64,000 nucleotides of DNA from Eledone cirrhosa (GCA_964016885.1 OZ024746.1:73904001-73968000), one strand, 5' to 3'. Counted from the first letter of the stretch, positions 1-13,492 are shown. Numbers and translations: made by a program. The notes: generated by a model not told the origin, from the sequence alone.

Positions 1-734
1 CCCGTATCTGGGACATGACATACTACAACACGTTCTCCGTCTGCAACTTAGTATTAATTTAATTTCCCACCCTTCTGCGTCACATATTTTAAAATTCCAA
101 GATTCCACTATTAATAAATGAGTAGGATTTAGTACAACTGCGTGGAAAACAACTCTTTGGGGAATAGATTTTAAACAACCTAATGTCGTTTTCCTATTTG
201 ATTACGGAATTTTTCTACAACTAGAAGATATTCAATATTAGTATCACCCCATACCCATCAGCCATATAATAATTGGGCGTTGATAATACTCTCATTACAT
301 AACCTCAAGTATTTATATGTTAGATAGTGATATTTTGTTTTATGAGATTTTAATAGCGTGCCACGTTAAGGACACCGTTTTCAACGAATACTTAGGAATT
401 TCCTATTTTAAGATTGACTGTAACGAAATAACAAGAGTTTAAGTTTTGAATTTCTTTCAGTGTTAATAATTTATACATTAAGTTTAATTTCATTATATTC
501 ATAATTGAGAGATTCGGGATTTTACAAATGAATTGAGATCATCCTCATAACGTGACAACACCAGTTTCATTTGAAGAAATAAACAGATCTAATGTAAAGA
601 ATAAAAATAAAATGAAAAAAAACAAAAAAAAAACTGGAGCCCAATGTGGAATACTTTGATTAATATAGTTTTATTAAATAAAATTCAATGAAGTATGGAG
701 TAATTCTGATCTTTGATAAGTACAGTGAAACAAA

Positions 735-775
735 TCTGGACATGTTTCGGCTTCTTGAGACCTCCTCGACGAAGT
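735..775 (-). ncRNA. Degenerate hammerhead-like motif in a probable PLE pseudo-LTR remnant
   Basis: Minus strand reads TCGAGGA-ggt ctcaagaa gcc-GAAA-CATG-TC. Stem II and the palindromic stem-III loop are present, but the core is mutated and stem I is poor. An AATAAA follows. Confidence 0.35.
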
Positions 776-968
776 ATAGTCTACTACATAATTATCACCA
801 CCTAGAATGACTAGGGGTATAGTTTTTTTCTGAAAATAGCTTATTCATGTGGAATTTGAACTATTTCCGTAGTAAAACTCACAGGATTGGTTACGCCAGT
901 ATCACGAAGAACAAACAAATTTTAAGCAGTTAAAATTTCGGGGTTGAATTCTTCGACTAGAAATGTCA

Positions 969-1082
969 TTCAAATTCCGCCGAGGTTAACTTTGCCTTTC
1001 ATTCTTACGGGATCGATAAAATAAAGTACCAGTAATGTACTGAGTAATTGCTGGCCTTGTGCCAAAAGTAGAAACAATTATT
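969..1082 (+). mobile_element. tRNA-derived SINE family A, 5'-truncated
   Basis: ttcaaattccgccgaggttaactttgcctttcat...gatcgataaaataaagtaccagt...ggccttgtgccaaaagtagaaacaattatt matches the other copies in the window. Confidence 0.9.
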
Positions 1083-1902
1083 GCTTATAACTTCTCGTTA
1101 CGAGTATAATTTCAATTGATTTATAATTTTATTTGCTCCACTAAATGTGGTATGTTAGCTACATTTGTTGCTTTCGAAGCAGTCGTCTATTGCTGTTCTC
1201 TTTTTCGCTGTTTTTCAATGAAATGTCACGCGGGCACACTTTTCGGACGTCAGTCTGTCCGTCTATCCATTAATCCATCCATCCACGTCAACTATTTCTC
1301 GCAGTTGAAACAATCACGCATAGGTTCTCTCTTTTACTCATTAGTGGTAACTCTGAAATGGAGTCAATTTTGGAACAATTTGAACTTAGATGAAATAAAA
1401 CTATATACGGGCAAACTTCAGCCATAGGCAATAATAAATATAGATATGAAATACAATATATAACATATGACATTAAAAAAAGAAATGATGAAAGGCAAGA
1501 TATGATTTGAAACAGAGATGTAGCGTATACGATAACACATATATAAATATATGTGATATGAAACATAAAAGAAAAGTACGAAATTTACAATGCAAGATCA
1601 AGAAAAACAGTAAAAGGAAATAGGGAATAAAAAAAAATTACAATATATATATAACATGAAAATAAATTATTGATATGTATAAAATGTAAAAACATGAAAA
1701 TATGATATGTAAAATATAAACAATAAGGTGTTGAATACGAAATGTGCAGTATAAAATCTTGCAAGAGGTATTTCGATAAGGAACTTTATATATATATATA
1801 TATATAAAGACTCCACAGGAAAAAAAGAAATGTCGCGGGTCAGAAGATAAAGGGAAACCGGGGAAAAGTTTCTATAAAACATATAGAATATCCAAACTGG
1901 GA

Positions 1903-2010
1903 TAATGATGATGGTGATGATGGTGATGATGATAATGATAATGATAATAATGATAATGATGATGATAATGATAATGATGATAATGATAATGATGATGATG
2001 ATGATGATAA
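1903..2010. repeat. (ATG/ATA)n trinucleotide microsatellite
   Basis: Direct inspection. Confidence 0.95.
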
Positions 2011-2018
2011 TATTTCTT

Positions 2019-2750
2019 ATAATTGTTTCTACTTTTGGCACAAGGCCAGCAATTATCCCAGTGCATTACTGGAACTATATTTTATCGACCCCATAAGGAT
2101 GAAAGGCAAAGTTAACCTCGACGGGATTTGAACTAAGAACGTAAAGGGACATAACTCTATGCCGTAAAGCAACACTAGTGACAGATAAAGAACATCTTAA
2201 TAATAATTGTTTCTATTTTTGGTACAAGACCAGCAATTATCCAGTGCATTACTGGTACTTTATTTTATCGAGACCGAAAGGATGAAAGGCAAACTTAACC
2301 TCGGCGGCATTTGAAAGCAGGTCGTAAAGTGCCGTAACTCTATGCTGCTAAGTACTGCATCAGACCCTCTACCGATACTGTCAATCATCTTATTAATAAT
2401 AAACGTGAATAAACGAATCATTATAATGATTATTATTGTTAGGGCGGTAGATTGGCAGTATCGGTAGAGAGACGGACTCTATGCTTTGCAGCATAGAGTT
2501 ACGGTCTTTTACAGTCTGAGTTCAAATCCCGCTGAGGTTAACTTTGCCTTTCATCCTTACGGGGTCGATAAAATAAAGCACGAGTAACGTACTGGGGTCG
2601 ATTTAATCGACTTTCTCCTCCCCAAAATTACTGGCCTTGTGCCTATACTAGAAATCATTATTATTTGCGGGGTCGATAAAATAAAGTACCAGTAATGTAC
2701 TGGGTATGTGCTGGCCTTGTGCCTAAAGTAGAAACAATTATTATTATTAT
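2019..2750. mobile_element. Cluster of four SINE-A copies: ~2019-2175 (-), ~2201-2390 (-), ~2441-2662 (+), ~2668-2750 (+, 3' part)
   Basis: Each matches the SINE-A consensus. The + copy shows A-box-like tggcagtatcgg and B-box gagttcaaatccc. Confidence 0.9.
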
Positions 2751-3167
2751 TGTTGTTGCCGTTATTATTAACCTTTCCTTTAATAACAACAATAATTTGC
2801 GCAATCCCGAGCATGACCATACACAACCTCTAGCTCATACTTAATTAAAATCTATTAATATTACTGTCATCTCTCTCTTGAGAGCACCCCACCACCTGCT
2901 CATGATGAACGCTTTGTCAACTTAGACTTAACTAAAGTTGTGATCCATACATGCTCTCTTTAGGTCGACCATGCAGATCATAATTTTTTAATATGAATAG
3001 GTAACCGTTCTGAAATGTGGCCCACCTTTTCTATCCCTATCTACTGAACTAACGAAATTACTCTCTATATACGTGTGTATTATCGAATTTTGCCTCAGGT
3101 GCCAGGTTGACATTCGACATGATTTGGAAAGAAGCAGAACCCAAAGGAAGTTTCAAATTATAATAAT

Positions 3168-3335
3168 CGTTTCTACTTTAGGCACAAGGCCAGCAATTAC
3201 CCAGTGCATTACTGGTACTTTATTTTATCGACCCCGTAATGAAAGGCAGGATTTGAACTCAGAATGGCAAGGCCCGTAACTTTATACGTCAAAGCATGGC
3301 GTCCGACCCTCTACCGATACTGCCAATCCACCGCC
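3168..3335 (-). mobile_element. SINE-A with internal deletion and 17-bp TSD
   Basis: Flanked by tttcaaattataataat at 3151-3167 and 3336-3352. Confidence 0.9.
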
Positions 3336-3368
3336 TTTCAAATTATAATAATAATAATAATAATAATA

Positions 3369-3536
3369 CGGGTGGCATTAAACAAATAAAGATTGCAATA
3401 CAGATGGAACACTTACAAAAAACAGCTCGAATACTCCGGAGAGTACTCGAAAAATAAGGGATGTTACCTCAGTTCACTGGTAGTGAACAGCTAACACATT
3501 AATATAACTTCAGCGTTAGAAGCTGAGCGAAGAAGT
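3369..3536 (+). mobile_element. 3' end of an R4/Dong-like (RLE-type) non-LTR retrotransposon in (TAA)n
   Basis: Translates GIKQIKIAIQMEHLQKTARILRRVLEK*, resembling the R4-clade C-terminal LQKxALLGTARILRRVL motif with a short deletion. TAA repeats lie on both sides. Confidence 0.65.
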
Positions 3537-3760
3537 AATAATGATAATAAATAATAATAATAAAATAATCTCCAAAGATAGTAAGTTATTTACATATATA
3601 TACAGATACAATCTCCTTCAGAAGCACCATATTCACATATACATATTGTAATGTTCTTACAAATAGACACTTCCGTAATTGTACACAGGTACACGACGAA
3701 CACATACATGCAGGGCAGAAAGAACTGGCACATACTGGAATGACATATACTCATTAGTAG

Positions 3761-3792
<32 letters not shown>

Positions 3793-4664
3793 ACACATAC
3801 ACACATACACATCCACAAAGGTACTCCCCTCCGCACTCAAGTGCATCAACACGTAAGAAAACAAACAAACGATAAAAGATGGAGCGTAGCGAGAAGCATG
3901 AGGAGACAAAGAAACTGGACATATACTCACTCATATCACAACAACAACAACAAATACAAGAGCATAACAACCAGTCGACACTATCTAATATAAACAAAAA
4001 AATATGGGTGTATTGGTATAGGTGGAGGAGTGAGAGTTTGGTTAGAAAGTCAAGTTTTCTTTAAGATAACGTTATATGTTAGTTTCAGTGAAATCTCGTT
4101 TCTGGATCTTATTTTCTCGTTGAGTCTTCATCAAATCAATGAATAATTAATCCATGTTGTTATCATGAGCTTCGAATTACGACAGGATCGAACGAAGAGA
4201 GCAGAGTTCATAAGGATTTTATGTTGTGGTTGCTATTGTTTTTTTTATTGTTATATCTTCTTCATGTTGGATGATATTTTATTAAACTGTGAAAGTGTTA
4301 TTTGTATGAAGTAGGGGGCACAGAGATACAAGTGTGGTAGTAATATTCAACAAATTTCAATTAAATTAGATAACGTTTGCAAAATAAGAAAGAAAGAAAG
4401 GGGAAACAATTAAATAGTGAAAGTGAGGTGAAGCGAGGAGGGAGCGGTGTATTCTTCAACACAAGTCTTAGAGATATATCTTAGCTGCACCCCCACGGAC
4501 AAAATGTTCTTAATCGGAAATAGTTAATCTAAACATGAGAATTTGTTTGGTGGTGATGAAACCTAGAACTGTTGTTGTGTGATACTACCTGGTAATCCAA
4601 GAATTCTTTAAAACAATGCAGACTACTTAATCAAGGATTTTGAGCGAATATTAATACAGATTGA

Positions 4665-4770
4665 AGCGGTGAATTAGCAGATAGAATGCTCTGAGGTATT
4701 CGTTCCGGCTCTCTGCACTCTGAGTTCAAATCTTACCGAGGTCAACTTTACCTTTCAACCTTTCGTTGAC
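4665..4770 (+). mobile_element. Diverged SINE-A relative
   Basis: gcggtgaattagcag...ctgagttcaaatcttaccgaggtcaactttacctttca. Confidence 0.7.
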
Positions 4771-5416
4771 AATTAAAAAAGCATAATTTCAGTAATGGAG
4801 ACGATTGCGTCTCTATAGATCTTTCTTCCTTCATCTCTAACATTCTGTCTCTTCTTCTGAAAGAAAACAGTTATGTTCAGATAAAGAAAAGGGACGGTCT
4901 CTATCGGGTTTAAAATACCCAGCAGACGCTGAGTGTCTCCACAGCCTTATCATGGCTTAATATGGACGATGTGAGAAAAAACACTTTCCATAAACAAAAT
5001 ACACAATATTCAAATCTATGTAGGGTCGAACTTTAATCTAGTGCTTTATAGTGAGCAGTAACTAATTACTTTTACCCCACAATCACATCTCTTCCCAAAT
5101 AGAGGAAAGAAAATTGATTTATTCTTCGAGTTGGAAGACGATAGGAGAGTAACAAATGATATGACATGTTTGGAGAAGAGACGATATATTTGAAACCAAA
5201 GTATAAATAAGTGTTTCTTTTTTGTTTTAGAAATTATATTAGATATGCCAATAAGATGTAGTCCAATCATATCGACAATATTTTCCAAATATCTTATTAT
5301 AGAAATATTTTAGGAAGTATAATTATATATATATATATATACATATATACATATATATATATACACATATACATATATACATATATATATACATACATAC
5401 ATATATACATATATAT

Positions 5417-5480
<64 letters not shown>

Positions 5481-5611
5481 TACGAGCTTTTATAAACTAT
5501 ACATATATATACATATAAATATATATATATATATATATTAGAAAGTGAGGTTTTTTTTTACAAAATGAAAAATAACGGAGGTGTCCTACACGAGTGAAAG
5601 TATAAAGAAAA

Positions 5612-5881
5612 AAAGATGAAATCGAAAATGCAACTGGAGTCTTATTTTAAAAAAAATATATATATGTATTTGGTTCCTTTACCGGTTTCGCAGTTCTTGT
5701 GCTTTTCAAAAGTAGAGTTGAGATGGAGGGTCTGTGGTTTTTCTCACATTTGAGAAAAACCACAGACCCTCCATCTCAACTCTACTTTTGAAAAGCACAA
5801 GAATTGCGAAACCGGTAAAGGAAACCAAATAAATATATATATTTAAAAAAAAATAAGACTCCAGTTGCATTTTCGATTTAA

Positions 5882-5886
<5 letters not shown>
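5612..5886. repeat. Near-perfect ~275-bp palindrome (4-nt loop at 5747-5750) with a degenerate hammerhead in each arm
   Basis: The arms are reverse complements. On the + strand 5785-5820 reads ctt-TTGAAAA-gca caagaat tgc-GAAA-CCGG-TA-aag. Confidence 0.9.
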
Positions 5887-5956
<70 letters not shown>

Positions 5957-6174
5957 TACGAGCTTTTATAAACTATACATATATACATATAAATATATAT
6001 ATATATATATATACATATATAAAAAAGAAATAAGATTTCGCTTCAAGCATAGCTTTATACAATATGTATAGAAATTTCGTATTTCTAAAGAAATACTGTT
6101 TTAGGAAGCCGTAGCTATGCAAACAGCGGATTGGCTAACGCCCTCCGGTGGTGTCCAGCAGAAGGAAGGGAAAC

Positions 6175-6220
6175 AACCGTCTATGCATTTCAGGCTTGAC
6201 TGGCCTTCGTCAGGACGATC
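6175..6220 (-). ncRNA. Type I minimal hammerhead ribozyme, intact core
   Basis: Minus strand: gatcgtc-CTGACGA-aggc cagtcaa gcct-GAAA-TGCA-TA-gacggtt. 7-bp stem I (with G-U), 4-bp stem II, palindromic stem-III loop. Confidence 0.88.
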
Positions 6221-6264
6221 CATCCTACCGCTTGCGACTGCTCGACTTGAAAACACCCGAGAAT

Positions 6265-6323
<59 letters not shown>

Positions 6324-6324
6324 A

Positions 6325-6600
6325 CCTCATTTAGTCTCAAATGACCATGGGTTTTGCACCTAGAAAGTTCCCCTACGAGGCACTAGGCCATGGATACCAG
6401 TCTCCACTCTCCATCCACACAGCCACTGATGTAGACCAATGGAAAGCCAAAGTCGCAATTTATTTCTACAGCTGAGTGAACTGGAGTAACGTGAAATATT
6501 GTGTATTGCTCAAGGTCACAATGCATCACTCGATCCGGGAATCGAACTCACAAGCTCATGATTGTGAATCCACCTTTCTAACCACTAACTCAGGTGTCTC
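6325..6600 (-). mobile_element. Older tRNA-derived SINE family B
   Basis: ttgctcaaggtcacaa core plus the reverse-complement B-box gggaatcgaactc. Related to 48340-48560. Confidence 0.65.
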
Positions 6601-6623
6601 CACACACACACACACACACACAT

Positions 6624-6826
6624 GGTGTGGATTGGCATATCCGTAGAGCTTCAGACACTATGCTCTGAAGCATAGAGTTACGTTCTGTGTTCAAATCCCG
6701 CCGAGGTTAGTTTTGTCTTCCATCATCACAGGGTCGATAAAATAAAGCACCAGTAATTAACTGGGGTTGATTTAATAGACCCCCCTTCAAATTGTTGGTC
6801 TTGTGCCTAAAGTAGAAACAATTATT
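6624..6826 (+). mobile_element. SINE-A (long subtype)
   Basis: Head gattggcatatccgtagag, B-box gttcaaatcccgccgagg, tail gtgcctaaagtagaaacaattatt. Confidence 0.88.
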
Positions 6827-8819
6827 AGAGTTGGGTAATAAAATTAGTCTTACATATACAGAGTACTTAAGCTATTGAATTAAGGGTTCTGTCTGTTGCT
6901 ACAATAACAACCAAAGTTCATATAGAGCTTAGATTGGAATTATTCCTGTTAATCTTGGAAATAAAATAACACTGAGGAATTATCTCAAAGTTAGAAATAC
7001 GAATGTGGCTTCTGTTAGAACTTGTGTTAATGTCATACCAATGTACCAAAATTATTTTTTTCAGTGTTAAACGTACAAAAGATTGCACGATCAATTGAAC
7101 ATTACGTTGTGTATGATTAAGGTATGCCTTATAAGTGTACAAATGATTAGAATAAGGAATACTCAATGGAATTTATCTATAGATAGAGGTAAAACAAAAT
7201 ACTATAACAAAATTAAATATCGCTACAGTTTCAAGTTTACAATAATTTCATTATTTTACTAAAATAAATTTCACGTGGTTGTTACTTGAAAACAAATTGT
7301 AGTTTAGATTAGAATAAGCTCTGAAGTTCACAATAAGTGTTGGTATTACTTTCATGTTTATACTTAAGTAAAGCTGACACGATATATCATAAAACTCATT
7401 TCTAGAGTTTCAACATTTATAAAGCTATTTTACTTTTCTCTGATTCTGTAACTGATAATTTTCGTACGGGTGACTTTGGCACAGTCTACTAAATTTTTAT
7501 AATTATTATTGTGTTGAAGATAAAAGAGCAAGCTTTATTGTCTTGGATTATTTCCATCTTTGTAACATGAAATGACAGAATTTGGCTTCGATGGCAATCT
7601 TTTAAAGCTCCCGAGTTCAATTCTACTGTTCTGAAATACACAATATTCTTATCGAAAATAGAACACTATTTCCATTAAAATAAGTCTCTCAGCATCCCGC
7701 CTCTCCTCAAACATACATTCGTTTTATTTATTCTAATTTCAATGCATTTATTGTTAGAAAAGGTAAGTGGGTGTGATTACAAAAATGATAGAATGTGAAA
7801 CAAAGTAAATATTTGTGTATCATTGCATTCTGATTTCAGATCCCGGCAATGTTAAGATGGACATTTTCCATTTCGGAGTTAAATAAGTACTAGTCTCTAT
7901 ATCTTATACAATTAAGTTTATTATATAAATTGGGGTTATATGTACGAGCTGTCCTTTATGAATGAATTAAATTGGATAATCCTTTGCTTTAAAATAGCAT
8001 AAAATTACGGATGTTCCCATAGTAAAAAACCCAAAAAAAACTCTTTTATCAACGTAATTGTTATCTACACCTTCGAAAATACCTTTCTGAAAAATACACA
8101 CTCTATCAATCCGTCTCTCTTTCTGTCATATATATAATGCTAGGAGTTTCCGTAGAATAGATCAAGGAAAATGAGCGCTTTATGTAATGTACAGAGCCAA
8201 AATATATTATATAAATAAGTTCTCAATACAAATGCATGCTACCTAAGGTTTCAAACACCAATGAGCATAGGATATAGACATTCTATATCTGCTAGTTTAG
8301 TGAGTTTCAAAGAACATCAAGCAACCATCATATATATATGCAAACATAATGGCTACATCTCAATTTCGAGCATTGCCATCAGGCATATGTTGCGCGAACA
8401 CGACTTTTTAGCCCTACCAAGGACTTACATTCCTTTGTGAATATGCTGCAGCGAAAGCAAGAAAAGAAAACATTCTTTTACGGCTACGGCCAGCCTTGCA
8501 ACATACGTGAAAGATATATAAATCAACTGATGTCTGTGCTTGACATTTTTTTAATGAAGAAAGGTCTTGCACTGGACCAACTCCACTCTTGGAACAACAG
8601 TGACACAAAAAAAAAACAAAACAAAAAAAAACATGAACAGAGCAATATCATTGGCTACAACCGAGTCGGAGGATTTAGAGCAGAGTTTTCCTTCTCCCAG
8701 AAAAAGGGTTCTCTCTAGATTCACATAATCTTTGGTAAGCATACTGGGTACAAGTTTAATAATTTTCTACGTTTAAATCTTGTCTCATTGTCTGAGTAAT
8801 GAGATTAATAGGCCGTAGG

Positions 8820-8879
<60 letters not shown>

Positions 8880-9154
8880 GGGGGGGGGGGGTCAGTAAGA
8901 ATCTTGATTTGAAATCATGTGCTGAAATCAATATTGTTATATTTGGGGTTGATCATTTTGGCAATTGATAACGGCAAAATGAAATAGACATGTAGGACGA
9001 GAAAATGTAGAAAAAAATCGATAGTCGTTGAGGTGGTCACATTGGTGTGATGAAAGAGCTTTGACGGAAGAATAAAACTAAAGTGAAAGTTATATGGTGC
9101 GTGTGTTTAATTGGTAAAATGACCATCCCTAAATATAACAATATATATATATAT

Positions 9155-9477
9155 ATAAGTATGTATGTATACGTACATACATATTTGTATACAGATGTAC
9201 AGTAGTGTGTATATATATACATACATGTACACACATATATATATATATGCACGAATCGGTTTACCGAACATTTATTATAATGCTCGGTTTGTTTGTAAAC
9301 AAACAAACAGCCCGAATTACGCCGTACAGTGTTTAGGCAACCAGGTCACCTTTTTGTTCAACACTGACACAGGAACGATGTACTAGTTTCAAGCTTATTA
9401 GCTATCGTCAGCATCGTATACCATCCTGCCAGATGGTTGAACGTCTGAAAGTATATACTTTCCTTATGCATATTAAC
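9155..9477 (-). mobile_element. Non-coding hammerhead-bearing PLE pseudo-LTR/retrozyme-like unit, homologous to 59828-60135
   Basis: The reverse complement aligns by eye with 59828-60135 over ~310 bp. Confidence 0.8.
9375..9417 (-). ncRNA. Type I minimal hammerhead ribozyme, intact core
   Basis: Minus strand: acgatg-CTGACGA-t agct aata agct t-GAAA-CTAG-TA-catcgt. Perfect 6-bp stem I and a GUA cleavage triplet. Confidence 0.88.
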
Positions 9478-9745
9478 TTCTTCTTCTTCTTAGCCCACTT
9501 ACTCCCGGAGAGAAGGTCGTGGTGGCAGAGTCCTCAAACACTCCTTCCAGCAGGTCCTGTCAGACGCAACCGCGTCTGCAACTGATTCGGCTGGATCCCC
9601 AAGCGAGACAAGCCAGACTCATGGATGTTATCCAAAAATCTTGCATAGTGTCTACCCCTGGGTGGACTTCCTGGCGGTTGATTTTGTCCGTAAAATCTGT
9701 CCAGCGATTCTTTCCTGAGACATTCTAACCAGCGAGATGCCATTA
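9478..9745 (-). mobile_element. 3' end of an RTE-like LINE with (GAA)n tail
   Basis: Frameshifted minus-strand translation PPRGRHYARFLDNIHESGLSRLGI...VASDRTCWKECLRTLPPRPS resembles the RTE C-terminal G-R-P-R...DR..W region. It ends in gaagaagaag. Confidence 0.65.
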
Positions 9746-10185
9746 TCTAAATTCCGATGAAGTAGCTTGGAAACTAATTAGAAAATCTTGAAAATTATTG
9801 GAAACTAATTAGAAAATCTAAAATATTCATATAATCGTATCATATCTTATCGTCCTTCGAAATCGTATCTCAATGGCTTTTACAGCCGCATCATTGTTCA
9901 TCATAAAACCAATGCAATACCTTAGTTGTGCAATGACATTTTCGAAGCATTTTTAGTTTGCTAGGAAAAGTATCTTAACAAATTAACAGACATATTTACT
10001 GAAGAGATAAAATGTATAAGTATCCCAGAGGTACAAGGAAAACAGCTGCATTAATATGAAAGATGTATGAGACACTCATACGTAAAGAAATTATATATGT
10101 ACAAAGATAGCTTATGTGTGTATGTATGTATGTATGTATGTATGTATGTATGTATGTATGTATGTATGTATGTATGTATGTATGT

Positions 10186-10470
10186 CAGGTCACCAGTTGG
10201 TGCTACTGGTAACATGTATCCCAGTACAACCTGTCTCATGGTCGGGTCGTTGGCAACTAAACTGGCAACCCCACCAAGGTTTCTTGGTGAGGAGGGTGAC
10301 TTTGGACATCCTGCAGGACTAAAAACAAAACCTGTCAAAGGGCAAAGGAGCTCTTAAGAGTCAATGGCCATCCAAAATCACCAGGAGAGATGACCCCTTA
10401 GCCTTTGTCAAGGCAGAATTCTAGGAGAAGGAAAACTCCGATATAACACCTGCAACCCTGATGGTATCCA
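10186..10470 (+). mobile_element. Probable repeat fragment (RTE 5'UTR-like) between (TATG)n tracts
   Basis: GC-richer block with ctaggagaaggaaaactc. The same motif occurs in reverse at ~8680-8700. Confidence 0.35.
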
Positions 10471-10875
10471 ATGCTTATATGTATGTATGTTGACTTGTTC
10501 TTCTTTTTGGTAAATATCATCTTGGTTAAGAGAGTGGGACTGGCTTTGTGCAGTGCCTTTGCTCACTATAAAAGCTTTACGGCACAGGAATTGCTTTATA
10601 TCTGGAGATCTCTCTGCACTTGTCGTCACATGGTACCATGCGCCAAGCACTATGTGTCAATAATTGTCACAAGTGTAGTGTTTGTACCAGAGTTTTCAAG
10701 TCGCTGGCTGGACTAGAAAGCCACACTCGTTCAGCGCATGGGTAGGGGTTCTCCTACATGGATATAAAGTAGTAGCCGTACTTGAAAACGAGTTGGCAGC
10801 CACCATGTATGTATGTATGTATGTATGTATGTATGTATGTATGTATGTATGTATGTATGTATGTATGTATGTATG

Positions 10876-10949
<74 letters not shown>

Positions 10950-11988
10950 TATATGTGTGTTTGTGTGTGTGTATGTGTTTGTGTATGGCTATGTGTGTGC
11001 TACCGAAGCATATATACGCCGTATTAAGTGATGATTCAAAACAACCCGTGTTTAGTGACAACTGCTCTATGGAGATGACAAGTATTCATATAAAGGAATT
11101 AAAAGAAATTCCAGTCATGTAAGGATTTCATATTAAAAGAAATTGCAGACGTATATCATATAGAGAAAATTTGCAGGCGAAAATAATATACAGATGAAAC
11201 ATAATCGTATATAATATAGAGAATAACAGGTGTACAGTAAAATTCGATGGACAGGCTTGGCTATATATTCGTGACTGATCTAAAGGTATGTAAGATGCAT
11301 AAGGTTGTCTTTAGTTGTAGGACTCTATTAGTGAGCATCTTTTACTTGTGTGTAAGGTCGGTAGTAAGATGCAAACACGTTTGTTTTCAATCTCTACAGT
11401 TTAAAGAACCTTCGGCGCTGTTGTAGACTTTGATTCATCAAATGTTCTACGAATCATTCAGAAAACTTCTGGAGAGTTTCTTCGGTTTCTTAATTTATAT
11501 GAACAAACTAAATGCAACCCTCTATTAGGTCACTTGATCGGCTGTGAATAATAGCAAAAAAATATCTCAAATCACACCCTATGATACATTCACTAATGTA
11601 GTAAGAGTAGGAAAAGAATAAATATGAGAGCTATGACTGCATTGTCTTTGAGCAGATATATGCTAGGTCAGAACTGACCTAGAGTTAAACAACAAGCGCT
11701 TTAGCGACTTTGACATTGATCGCTCGTTTAACGTCCTGGATTATAAGGCAGCTTGATTCACATGAGATCTCAGCTATCAATAGGCAGATGTTCGCCGAAT
11801 GATTAAAATGGATTAGAAATCAAGGCATCAAAGATCTAACATCTGTATTCTTCGAATGGAGCAGTCGATTTGAGAGTTACTTATCATATCAACAACCACT
11901 CGACACATCCTTTTCTGTTCGACTCAGAAAACTTTCAAAATAAGATTATAATCTATTTTCTGTAAATACGCTGCATCACTTTCTAAAT

Positions 11989-12024
<36 letters not shown>

Positions 12025-12038
12025 TTTTAATATAGATG

Positions 12039-12089
12039 AGATTCTACAGGACTAGAACTGTTTCATTCATTAGAAATCATCAGGAATCT
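12039..12089 (-). ncRNA. Type I hammerhead ribozyme (inverted copy of 17400-17450)
   Basis: Exact reverse complement of the 17400-17450 motif. Confidence 0.82.
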
Positions 12090-12319
12090 GGGTATCAAAA
12101 ATAAAAATGGTATTTATAGGTCTCTACAAGTGGTAGGAGAGGGTGGGGAGTGGGATGGGTGCAGGTCATTGGTTGATAGAAAAGGGAATTCATTAAAAGC
12201 TAATTCTACAAAGCTATAGTTTATTTTTATTTATTTATGTTTTTAGAGTAACAAGGGCAGACAGAATTCTATAAACAGGTTCCGGATGGCATACCATTCC
12301 TTGTCATTAAGTTTCTCTT

Positions 12320-12506
12320 TCCATTGGTGGATTGGTAGTATCGGTAGAGGGTCGGACGCCATGCTTTCTAGCATAGTTACGTCCCTTTACGATCTGAGTT
12401 CAAATCCCGCCGAGGTTGACTTTGCCTTTCATCCTTACGGGGTCGATAAAATAAAGTACCAGTAATGAACTGGGTAATTGCTGGCCTTGTGCCTAAAGTA
12501 GAAACA
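12320..12506 (+). mobile_element. SINE-A with 14-bp TSD, inserted in the left arm of the PLE
   Basis: attaagtttctctt at 12306-12319 and 12507-12520. The empty site is seen in the right arm near 17170-17185. Confidence 0.93.
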
Positions 12507-12812
12507 ATTAAGTTTCTCTTAAGCTAACAGATGTCTATAAAATCAGTGGGGGGTCAGTCATGGTCGATAGAATTAAAGAAAAGGGAGATTCTTTAAAAGC
12601 TAAAATCATTAAGGTTCTACTAAGTGACAAAGGTCTAGAGAATTCTGCAGACAGATTCAAAATACTGAGTGCATATCTTACTATTATCTTCGAACTTCTC
12701 TTAAACTAATCAACTATATGCCAAAAATCAACAGACACATTCACAAAAAAACAAAAAAACATACTCACTCACACACTTACGCGCAACCATAAACACACAC
12801 ACAAACACATAT

Positions 12813-12877
<65 letters not shown>

Positions 12878-13070
12878 TATATATATATATACACACACAC
12901 ATATATATATATACACATACACACACACATACACATACATACACACACACACATATATATACACATATAAATACACTCACACACATACATACAAACACAA
13001 ATATACATGTGTATACAAGTACACACAAATACATATAGACATATATACATACATATACACAGACACATAT

Positions 13071-13146
<76 letters not shown>

Positions 13147-13192
13147 ACACATACATACATACACATATATATACACACACATACGCATACAA

Positions 13193-13251
<59 letters not shown>

Positions 13252-13413
13252 CATACACACACATACATATATATATATATAAAAAAAACCCATACACACA
13301 CATATATACATATACACACACATACACACAAACACACACACACATATATATACATATACATATATATATATATACATTCATATATATAACCATATACATA
13401 TATACATATATAC

Positions 13414-13444
<31 letters not shown>

Positions 13445-13492
13445 CACATAAAACAAATATATACACATACAAACACACACACACACATACAT

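Noticed and set aside
2441-2530. tRNA genes at SINE heads
   Set aside because: A/B boxes are present but there is no cloverleaf, and they are always fused to the SINE body.
9745-9790. CCGATGA-agtagcttg-GAAA-ctaattag as a hammerhead
   Set aside because: Altered core, poor stem II, no UH triplet and no convincing stem I.
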